DNA of 23,822 bases from positions 1 through 23,822 of the forward strand of contig SMSO01000027.1 in assembly GCA_004764695.1 (NCBI GenBank). Direction: 5' to 3'. Below, one piece after another: positions 13,190 through 21,452 of the stretch. The notes under the pieces were generated by a model that was not told the origin of the DNA, searched no databases, and saw only the letters and a list, made by a program, of their open reading frames with translations. Each line of letters begins with the position of its first letter. Positions within the stretch are counted from its first letter, which is position 1. The stretch comes from Schizochytrium sp. TIO01 (taxonomy: Eukaryota; Protista; Bigyra: Labyrinthulomycetes). A program made the position numbers and the translations under genes.

Positions 13190-13658
13190 TTTTGTTGAAT
13201 GCTGTAGAGTGACAGAGACTCGAAAGGTTGTTTACTTTTTAGGTTGAGGTTGTATAGTTTGAGGTCTGCTGACATACTGCCGGCAGTGAAGAAGTTATTT
13301 CTACTCAGTCTCTGTTACACATGTCCTTTATTAGTGGCGGCCACCGAGCGGAAAACCGCAACTACTAGTGTTTAGTCCATGTGTCCCTTAGTGAGTATTT
13401 GTTTTCTTGATAAAGATTCTCCTACGTTCTTTGATACTTTTACAGTGGTATTATGGGTTAATACTCGTGTTCATGTATATAATTCACGAGCATTACCCTA
13501 ACCCTACTACTGTAAAAGGTATAATAAGAAAGTTAAGAGATTCTTTGTTGTCCAATGCTTAACCTTTACCCTAACCCTACCTCTGTAAAAGGTATGATTA
13601 GAAAGGCAGGAGACTCCTTGTTATCCCGACTCGGGACCAACAATTCGTCTAGACAACA
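13190..13658 (-). mobile_element. Solo LTR of the Ty1/copia family at 15533-21452
   Basis: 466-bp TGTTG...CAACA core (13193-13658) plus TTT, about 99% identical to the element LTRs. 5-bp TSD TGGAG at 13185-13189 and 13659-13663. Removing 469+5 bp restores the 371-bp repeat period. Confidence 0.96.
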
Positions 13659-15532
13659 TGGAGTGATACCATTGGAAAGCTGCTTGAAATTACAACAGGG
13701 TAGATGTGATTTCTCAGAAAAAATACTTTAAACATATAGTTTTACTGACCTTTGAAAGTTTGTTTTTTGTCTCTCATATTATTAATAGGGGGAAGGAACT
13801 GAGTTTAGTAGTGTTCTAACTCTATGAGAAAAGTAAATAGAACTTTTATAGAAGAATCAATCGATAGCAAATTCATTGCTGAGATGCCCGCATTTGATTT
13901 ATGATTGAAAATATTTTTGCAAGCTTGCGAAACGAAGTTCCAAGTTGTTACTCTATTTATTGGCAGGATAAAGGGTAAATTGAATAGTATAAGATTCAAT
14001 ATCTCAACAATGAGATAATATATTAATCATCGAGTGGTACCATTGGAAAGCTGCTTGCATTTACAACAGGGTGTATGTGTTTTCTCAGAAAAATACTTAA
14101 TATATAGTTTTACTGACCTTTGAAAGTTTATTTTTGGTCTCTCATATTATTCATAGGGGAAAGAAACAAGTTTAGTAGTGTTCTAACTTCATCAATAGAA
14201 TAGACAGAGCTTTACTATAAGCATCATTCAATAACGCATTGATGGTTAAATTAGGTGTATTTGATTTATGAGGAAACATGTTCTTCCAAGCTTGAGAAAA
14301 AAAGCCCAAAGTTGTCACTGTATTTGTGAGCAGGATAGAGAATTAAATGACAAGTATAAAATTCATTTTCTCATCAACGGGAAAAAGCATTAATCTTGGA
14401 GTGGTACCGTTGGGAAGCAATTTCAATTTACAACAGGGTAGATGTAGTGCTTTAGAAAAAAAAGGTTTATTATTATGTTTTTTTTACTTTTGAAAGTCAT
14501 TTCTTAGTTTCTCATATTATTAATAAGGAGAAAGAGCTAAGTTTAGTAGTGTTCTAACTCTATGAGCAGCACAAATACAACTTTTATACAAACACCACTC
14601 GATAGATCATGTATTAATAAGATAAGTACATTTGATTCATGAGAAATAATTTTCTTCCAAGCTTGAGAAATGAAGCTCGAGGTTATCACTCTATTTTTTA
14701 GTAGGACAGAGAATAAATTGTTTACTATAAGATTGATTTTCTCAACAACGGAGAAAGACATTAACCATGGAGTGGTACCGTTGGAAAGCTGTTACAATTT
14801 ACAACAGGGTTGATGTGTTGATCTGAAAAACTAATATTATGATTATGTTTTACTGACCTTTAAAAGATATTTTTTTGTCTCAAATATTATTAATATGGAA
14901 AAAGAACTGAGTTTAGAAGTGTTGTAACTCTCTGAAAAGAATAAACAAAACTTTTCTACAAACATGACCCGGTAGTGCAATAATTATTGATACGTCCACA
15001 TTTGAGTTATGAGAAACATTCTACTTGCAAGCTTGAGAAAAAAGCTCCAAGTTGTTACTCTATTTGTTAATTCGATCAGGAATAAAATGATTAGTATAAG
15101 ACTCATTTTCTCAACAACGGGGAAAGATATTACTCATGGCGTGGTACCGTTAGAAAGCTGTTTTAATTTACACTAGGGTAAATGTCTTGATTTATAAAAA
15201 CAGTTTTTTAATTATGTTTTTACTGAACTTTAAAATTCATTTTTTGGTCTTTCATATTAATAATAGGGGGAAGGAACCGAGTTTAGTAGTGTTCTAACTT
15301 TATCAATGCAATAGCCAGAGCTTTGTTGCAAGCATCATTCAATAGTTCATGAACGGTTAAGATGCGTGCATTTGATTTATCATAAAAAATATTCTTGCAA
15401 GATTGAGAAATAAACATCACTCTGTCACTCTATTTGTTAGCAGGATATATAACAACATGTTTAGTACAAGATAATTTACTGAAGAACAGGGTAATATATT
15501 AATCATCAAATGGTACCCTTGGCAAGAGGCGC
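13659..15532. repeat. Subtelomeric spacer repeat family C, segment 2
   Basis: Markers at 13665, 14036, 14403, 14774, 15143, 15512 (periods 367-371). Confidence 0.95.
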
Positions 15533-16001
15533 TTTTGTTGAATGCTGTAGAGTGACAGAGACTCGAAAGGTTGTTTACTTTTTAGGTTGAGGTTGTATAG
15601 TTTGAGGTCTGCTGACATACTGCCGGCAGTGAAGAAGTTATTTCTACTCAGTCTCTGTTACACATGTCCTTTATTAGTGGCGGCCACCGAGCGGAAAACC
15701 GCAACTACTAGTGTTTAGTCCATGTGTCCCTTAGTGAGTATTTGTTTTCTTGACAAAGATTCTCCTACGTTCTTTGATACTTTTACAGTGGCATTATGGG
15801 TTAATACTCGTGTTCATGTATATAATTCACGAGCATTACCCTAACCCTACTACTGCAAAAGGTATAATAAGAAAGTTAAGAGACTCTTTGTTGTCCAATG
15901 CTTGACCTTTACCCTAACCCTACCTCTGTAAAAGGTATGATTAGAAAGGCAGGAGACTCCTTGTTATCCCGACTCGGGACCAACAATTCGTCTAGACAAC
16001 A
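15533..16001 (-). repeat. 3' LTR of the copia element
   Basis: TTT+TGTTG (15536) ... CAACA (16001); direct repeat of 20984-21452; AATAAA on the - strand at 15670-15675. Confidence 0.97.
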
Positions 16002-19000
16002 CACCTCCCCAAACTTCTTAGACGTGAGCCTTGTTCCTAGAAGTGCAGATACAGAGCGATCCGTATCTCCGGGAGTTACGTGCCCAAGAAAAGCAAGGCA
16101 GATGCGATAGATATGATAGTGATGAAGCTCCCGACTAAGGTGTTTGGTCAACACGTCAGCTGGATTGGTCCGAGTGTTTTCATAGGATAGAGAAATGATG
16201 TTGTCCTCTAAAAGTTGATGAAGATGGTGTCTGCGAATGTCCACATGCTTAGAGTTGTTGCCAACGCTCAAGTTTCGAATCAAAGGGATGATAGCTTGAT
16301 TGTCCGTGTATAGTGGCGATGCATCAGCTTGGGGACAGCCCAGAAAATCTAAGATGCGACGGTTCCAAATAATGGCTTTAGCGGCTTCGTTCGCAGCGTA
16401 GAGTTCTGCCTCAGTTGAGGAAAGTGCCACAGTTCGTTCTGTACTAGACTTTGTCAGAATGGTAGACCCATTAACTGCTAGCAGGTAGCCAAGCGTAGAA
16501 CGTCGTGTGTAAGGGCAAGGCGCGTAAGAGGCATCGCACCAAGCTTCAAGCTTTATGTCCGAAAGTTGTATGGCTCCTCGTAAGACTATCCCGATGTTGC
16601 TTGTGCCAGCAAGGTAACGTAAAACAGCTTTGGCTGCTGTAAAGTGTTCTTCGGTTGCTGCACGGTTGTGTCTACCAAGTTCTTTAACTGCGAATGCAAT
16701 GTCAGGGCGTGTATTGACTATCCATTGAAGACTTCCCACCAATGACTGATAAAGGGGATCAGTTTTGGCCTCCTTAGGAAATGTTAACGGGTTTGCAGAT
16801 GCAGGAGTGATGCGTGGTTGACAATTGTTAAGACCATGAGTTTCGAGAAGTTCCTCAATAAAGTCGGCATGATCTAACAAAGCGATCTTGGAACTTCGAT
16901 TGATCGTAAGATGCGCTCCAAGGTATCGAACACGTTTGTTGTCAGGTAAATGTTCGAAGTCCACTTTGTCGTTCCCAAAATATGATTTTAAATGACCTTC
17001 AAGAGCTTTGACACTCGAGGCAGGACCACAAACCAAACCATCATCGACATGGGTAGACACTGTCAGGTTCAGGCCTTTATGATGGAAAAGGCATGCATCA
17101 TCGGGGCAAGGTGCTAAGCCAAAAGCATCAAAAGCATGCGCTAGTTCTTTGTAAAATCTTAGCGGAGCAGATGAGATGCCATAGACAGATTTCAGAAGGC
17201 GATAGTAAGTGTATTCACCGTAGAAAGTCCGTACTCGTATGAAAATGTCTTTGTCATGTACCGGTGCAGTAAGGAAAGCACTTGTAATGTCGAAAATAGC
17301 AAAGTCATGCTCCTGTGTAAGACCCAAGGTAATTTGGATGCGTACGGAAGATGGCATTGTAACTGGTGATGCTACTTCTTGTTCAGAGGTTGGTTCTTGA
17401 TCACCGCGAACAACAAGTCTCATCTTAAGTCTACGGCGCCCTTCGTTGTCTGCGGGCTTTTTCTTGTAGACCTTCATGACATCTAAGACTTTTCCACGCA
17501 CCTCCGACTTTGGGACTTCTTGCAGGGTTTCTTGTGCTGCATGATTTGCCATTTCTTCATCATCTGTTTTCCTCCACATGGCTTTCTCATAGTCGCTGTA
17601 AAGTCGAAGATCACTTTCGTGACGAGGCTCGCGAACAGGTCTGCGTGGGTCCTCATAAACGTGAGTGTTTGAAGTAGAAGCTTCCTGATTGTTCACCTCC
17701 TTCGTCAATAAAGCTGGGGCTGAAGTTGAGGAACTTGGATGGAAGGTTTTACCACTTCTTGTTGTAGAGCCGGTATCAACGTCGCCAAGAATTGGATCTA
17801 CCCAATGGAATTTGTTGTTTGCTATTTGTAGAACTTGTCCAGGGTATAATGGACCAGCATCAACAAATTCACGAAGAGCTTGCTTGAACTCGGAGGAGTA
17901 AGACGGTTTCTGTTTATACTTGCGCGGTGGTTTCTGTGAAGAGTCCACCTCCTGCTCAATGATGGTAACATCGGGCACCTCCTTCTCTATAATGGTAGCG
18001 TCGGGCACCTCCTGATCAATGTTAATAAGATCAGGCACCTCCTGATCAATGCTAATAAGATCAGGCACCTCCTGATCAATGCTAACAAGATCGGGCACCT
18101 CCTGCTGAAAGTCTATAAGGTCTGACACCTCCTGCTCTGGACTGGATGCTGCGGGAGTACTTTGGGCAGGATAGCTAAAATGTAGATCTTCTTCGTTTTC
18201 GCCAGAAGAGCCTGCGAGATCAAAGTTGGCAGAAACTTCATTAGTGAAGGAGGGACTGGAGGGATAGGTGATCTCTGAAGAGTTTGAAGGAAGAACCAGA
18301 GGCGAGGCATCTTTGGTAAGAGGGTGGAAAAAATCAGAACTCGATGGACTCGAAGTAATGTCACCGTAATCGTTGGAGAAAACCTTTACGGGGGCAGTAT
18401 TGTGTAAAGAGTTGTTCAATAGTTGCTTGCGAATGTAGTCAGATGATTCAGAAAGCTGAGGAAGGTAAGGCAGAGCACGGTAACTCCGCGAAAAGACGAT
18501 CCGGCGAGAGTCCAAAGACATGATGCGTGATGTCCCGAAGCTGTGTCGAGAACTGCAGCCAAGAAAAATACCAAGGCTTCCTTTGGCAGCAAAGTCGCTT
18601 TTAGTTGCAACACTGGGGTTGTGTTGATGGTAGGCAACAAGGGTGCCAAATTGGCGACTTGGAGACAAATCGGCAGTACCACATCCATGAATGACAGCTG
18701 GCACCTTAGAGGTCCGAGGCGATGGAAGACGGTTAAGGGTCCAACATGCGTAATCGGTTGCAAAATCCCAAAAGGTGCTCGGGAGATTGCAGTCATGAAG
18801 ATAGGACCAAGCGAGGCGAGAAACGAGACCTACTGTGCGTTCAGCGACGCCATGAGTACCGTGTTCATGGGGAGATGCAAATTGCAGTTTCCAATTGTAC
18901 AAGTCCATTTGCTCCTGTACAAGTCTAGAAGCGAAAGCATGATCAGCGATGAGAGTTAAGCCTTCAGGGGTTGAAGTTTTCCCGGGAGCGGCGCCGAGCC

Positions 19001-20921
19001 AGTCTCTTCGCCACGCCCGAATGGCTTTGACAAGTGTTTCGGCATTGCACTCAGGAAACGAGTAGCATCGCCGATACTTGGAGTAATCGTCCACAAAGAC
19101 AACACAGTATTTATTGCCTGTGCTGGAGCGCGTTTTAATACCAAGCAGGTCGACATGTGATACTTGGCGCGGACCGGTACTGCGAGGGGAGTGCGGTCCT
19201 TTACGAATGGGAGAGCGCGATGAGTCACCTTGAGCACAGCCAGGGCAGACTGGAAAAGATCCTTGTATTTTCGCAAGAGGGAGTCCCGAGACTTGTTTTG
19301 ATATAGCATCAAGTGTTTCGAATGAGCGATGTCCAGCTCTACGATGGGCCTCAAGAATGCCGAGTCCGGCAAACACTGGTGTTGCAGTTGGTTCGCTCGT
19401 AGTGTCCTGTGCATAAGTCAATGCGTTGTTGCAAAATTGTAAAGGGATCTCTTGATTTTGCCAGACAAGGACTTGGCGATCTTTGGTAATGTGTAGCTCG
19501 GCTCCAGCAGCGTGTAGAGCAGCGAGACTTTCAAGTACAGCTGGGGCCCTGTCATGTACTTGAGCAGGTATGGCGGGGGCGTTGGGAATAAATGGCGATA
19601 GGTAAGTGCCTACACTGTCTGGATTTTGTAATTCACCTGAGACACCTACAATAGGTGTTGCTTTTTGTAGAGGTAGTTCAGAATAAATGTGTCGACGGCT
19701 AGGAACAACTGTAACACCAGCTCCACTGTCAATAACAGTTGAAGGAAAAGCATTGCCACCAAGGTAAGCAGACTTTGAAAAATCTTTTACGTTAGCAGCA
19801 AAGTATTCCTCAGTGGGAACGCTGCGGCAGACTATGGCCTTGTGACCTGGTTTGTTGCAGCGAGCGCAGCGAACTCTAGGGTCAAGGTTGCAATTTTCTG
19901 TGGCATGGTTTCGCGCGCAACGAAGACAACGGTTGGAGTTGTTCCGATGAGAGCCCTGGTATCTGCCACGAGAACGGTAATTGCGGGGCTGAGGAGGGCT
20001 TGGAGAGTCACCAAAGGCTTGGCGAACAGCTGCAGCGAGTTGGAAAAGTGTCGCATCAGTAGAAGCGCCAAAAGCACCAGTCACTTCATTGGAAACAGAA
20101 GTGTTGGCAGCTTTAGCAGATTCCATAGTCAGGCCGGTGCGTTCGTGAATGACACGGAATGTCAGAGTAGAGTGAGCGTAGAGATCAGCCTTGATCTTGT
20201 CATACTCTGCAGGGAGCTGTTGGATATAGCTGAACAGCATGATAGACTGTAACGTAGGGCGAGTCTTTTCGAGCTTGGCAATTGCGGTGTTCAACTTGTC
20301 GATGTGGTCGTCCAGCTTGGAGCGATCCTCGTGGGGCTTAGGACAAGCGGCCATGACACTCATCAGCTCTTTCCAACGACGCTGTTGGTTGAGTCTAGAG
20401 TGCTGGTTGAAGCGTTGTCTTAGCACGTACCACCCGACAAGGCCGCTGCCTTTGGCATACCTGGAGCGTATGACTGAAGACAGGGATGACTTCTTGAAGC
20501 CTTCGAGCAGGAAGAGTGCCAACACAGAGTCCTGGGCTTTGCAAATAGATGCCGGCTGGCCAGGTTTCCATGTATTGATGTCCTTGAAGGGAAGTTCGTA
20601 GTAGCCGCAGAAGCCTTCGAAGAAATCGGAGTATTCTTCAAAGTCGCCGTCGTACGTTGGTGTCGAGCGATTATTTTCGAAGTAGCGCTTGATACCTTTG
20701 ATGAGAGCCGGAGTCTCAGGTTGGTAATGGATGGTTGGGGCTGACTCGGACGCCAGCAGAAAGTCCAGGTTGTCGCTGGAGTGCATCGCGGTGGCAGGGA
20801 CCGCGGGGAGGGGACCATGAAAGTTGGCGGTTGCCATACTTTCACTGTCGTCATCATCGTCGTCTTCATACGCGACGGAGGCGACCTCCTCATGTTCGGA
20901 GGCTACTTCTTCTTGCACCAT
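15909..20921 (-). CDS. gag-pol: Ty1/copia gag-pol polyprotein (1670 aa): Gag with two Zn knuckles, aspartic protease, integrase, reverse transcriptase, RNase H
   Basis: Start context GACCATGG. Knuckles CLRCARNHATENC and CARCNKPGHKAIVC; protease VIDSGA (D about aa 398); integrase HRRAGH...CPGC, HVDL, VFVDDYS, ADH, GVAER; RT KMRLVVRG, DITSAFL, LKSVYG, HVDD; RNase H CDASYA, SSTEAE, YTDNQA, NPADVLTK. No stops or frameshifts. Confidence 0.97.
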   Translation of the reverse strand: MVQEEVASEHEEVASVAYEDDDDDDSESMATANFHGPLPAVPATAMHSSDNLDFLLASESAPTIHYQPETPALIKGIKRYFENNRSTPTYDGDFEEYSDFFEGFCGYYELPFKDINTWKPGQPASICKAQDSVLALFLLEGFKKSSLSSVIRSRYAKGSGLVGWYVLRQRFNQHSRLNQQRRWKELMSVMAACPKPHEDRSKLDDHIDKLNTAIAKLEKTRPTLQSIMLFSYIQQLPAEYDKIKADLYAHSTLTFRVIHERTGLTMESAKAANTSVSNEVTGAFGASTDATLFQLAAAVRQAFGDSPSPPQPRNYRSRGRYQGSHRNNSNRCLRCARNHATENCNLDPRVRCARCNKPGHKAIVCRSVPTEEYFAANVKDFSKSAYLGGNAFPSTVIDSGAGVTVVPSRRHIYSELPLQKATPIVGVSGELQNPDSVGTYLSPFIPNAPAIPAQVHDRAPAVLESLAALHAAGAELHITKDRQVLVWQNQEIPLQFCNNALTYAQDTTSEPTATPVFAGLGILEAHRRAGHRSFETLDAISKQVSGLPLAKIQGSFPVCPGCAQGDSSRSPIRKGPHSPRSTGPRQVSHVDLLGIKTRSSTGNKYCVVFVDDYSKYRRCYSFPECNAETLVKAIRAWRRDWLGAAPGKTSTPEGLTLIADHAFASRLVQEQMDLYNWKLQFASPHEHGTHGVAERTVGLVSRLAWSYLHDCNLPSTFWDFATDYACWTLNRLPSPRTSKVPAVIHGCGTADLSPSRQFGTLVAYHQHNPSVATKSDFAAKGSLGIFLGCSSRHSFGTSRIMSLDSRRIVFSRSYRALPYLPQLSESSDYIRKQLLNNSLHNTAPVKVFSNDYGDITSSPSSSDFFHPLTKDASPLVLPSNSSEITYPSSPSFTNEVSANFDLAGSSGENEEDLHFSYPAQSTPAASSPEQEVSDLIDFQQEVPDLVSIDQEVPDLISIDQEVPDLINIDQEVPDATIIEKEVPDVTIIEQEVDSSQKPPRKYKQKPSYSSEFKQALREFVDAGPLYPGQVLQIANNKFHWVDPILGDVDTGSTTRSGKTFHPSSSTSAPALLTKEVNNQEASTSNTHVYEDPRRPVREPRHESDLRLYSDYEKAMWRKTDDEEMANHAAQETLQEVPKSEVRGKVLDVMKVYKKKPADNEGRRRLKMRLVVRGDQEPTSEQEVASPVTMPSSVRIQITLGLTQEHDFAIFDITSAFLTAPVHDKDIFIRVRTFYGEYTYYRLLKSVYGISSAPLRFYKELAHAFDAFGLAPCPDDACLFHHKGLNLTVSTHVDDGLVCGPASSVKALEGHLKSYFGNDKVDFEHLPDNKRVRYLGAHLTINRSSKIALLDHADFIEELLETHGLNNCQPRITPASANPLTFPKEAKTDPLYQSLVGSLQWIVNTRPDIAFAVKELGRHNRAATEEHFTAAKAVLRYLAGTSNIGIVLRGAIQLSDIKLEAWCDASYAPCPYTRRSTLGYLLAVNGSTILTKSSTERTVALSSTEAELYAANEAAKAIIWNRRILDFLGCPQADASPLYTDNQAIIPLIRNLSVGNNSKHVDIRRHHLHQLLEDNIISLSYENTRTNPADVLTKHLSRELHHYHIYRICLAFLGHVTPGDTDRSVSALLGTRLTSKKFGEVCCLDELLVPSRDNKESPAFLIIPFTEVGLG
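16002..16019 (-). other. Polypurine tract (plus-strand primer)
   Basis: The - strand reads AAGAAGTTTGGGGAGGTG immediately before the TGTTG of the 3' LTR. Confidence 0.8.
17946..18137 (-). repeat. In-frame 30-bp tandem repeat (about 6.4 copies) encoding QEVPDLxxID-type peptides between the integrase core and RT
   Basis: CACCTCCT recurs at 17946, 17976, 18006, 18036, 18066, 18096, 18126. Confidence 0.95.
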
Positions 20922-20970
20922 GGTCGGGCCAGTGCAGAGAGTGCGCGGGGCAGCAAAGAACGAGAGTTAA

Positions 20971-20983
20971 TAGGCCAATAACC
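20971..20983 (-). other. Primer-binding site, half-tRNA (anticodon-arm) type
   Basis: The - strand reads GGTTATTGGCCTA directly after the 5' LTR end, an 11/13 match to the Drosophila copia PBS GGTTATGGGCCCA. No TGG-type PBS is present. Confidence 0.8.
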
Positions 20984-21452
20984 TTTTGTTGAATGCTGTA
21001 GAGTGACAGAGACTCGAAAGGTTGTTTACTTTTTAGGTTGAGGTTGTATAGTTTGAGGTCTGCTGACATACTGCCGGCAGTGAAGAAGTTATTTCTACTC
21101 AGTCTCTGTTACACATGTCCTTTATTAGTGGCGGCCACCGAGCGGAAAACCGCAACTACTAGTGTTTAGTCCATGTGTCCCTTAGTGAGTATTTGTTTTC
21201 TTGACAAAGATTCTCCTACGTTCTTTGATACTTCTACAGTGGCATTATGGGTTAATACTCGTGTTCATGTATATAATTCACGAGCATTACCCTAACCCTA
21301 CTACTGCAAAAGGTATAATAAGAAAGTTAAGAGACTCTTTGTTGTCCAATGCTTGACCTTTACCCTAACCCTACCTCTGTAAAAGGTATGATTAGAAAGG
21401 CAGGAGACTCCTTGTTATCCCGACTCGGGACCAACAATTCGTCTAGACAACA
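20984..21452 (-). repeat. 5' LTR of the copia element
   Basis: TTT+TGTTG (20987) ... CAACA (21452); adjacent to the PBS and 63 nt from the gag ATG. Confidence 0.97.
21258..21430 (-). promoter_or_regulatory. Putative U3 promoter/enhancer of the 5' LTR
   Basis: TATATA (about 21270-21276) inside a CTCGTG...CACGAG inverted repeat. In element orientation it follows two 73-bp direct repeats, each carrying GTAGGGTTAGGGTAA. Confidence 0.5.

Larger units (their letters stand above)
15533..21452 (-). mobile_element. Full-length Ty1/copia (Pseudoviridae, Hemivirus-like) LTR retrotransposon
   Basis: Two 466-bp LTR cores with one difference seen, PBS, PPT and a single ORF with gag-PR-IN-RT-RH order (IN before RT defines copia). 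The flanks do not form a matching TSD. Confidence 0.98.

Noticed and set aside
17925-17950. VDSSQKPP resembling the Ty5 targeting motif LDSSPP
   Set aside because: Too short and inexact within a Ser/Pro-rich linker, and Sir4 is specific to budding yeasts.
17946-18137. CRISPR-like array
   Set aside because: Head-to-tail in-frame coding repeats with no unique spacers, in a eukaryotic context.
15898-20992. Antisense and alternate-frame ORFs within the retrotransposon, including a possible env-like gene
   Set aside because: Shadows of the gag-pol frame with no motifs; there is no room for an extra ORF between pol and the 3' LTR.
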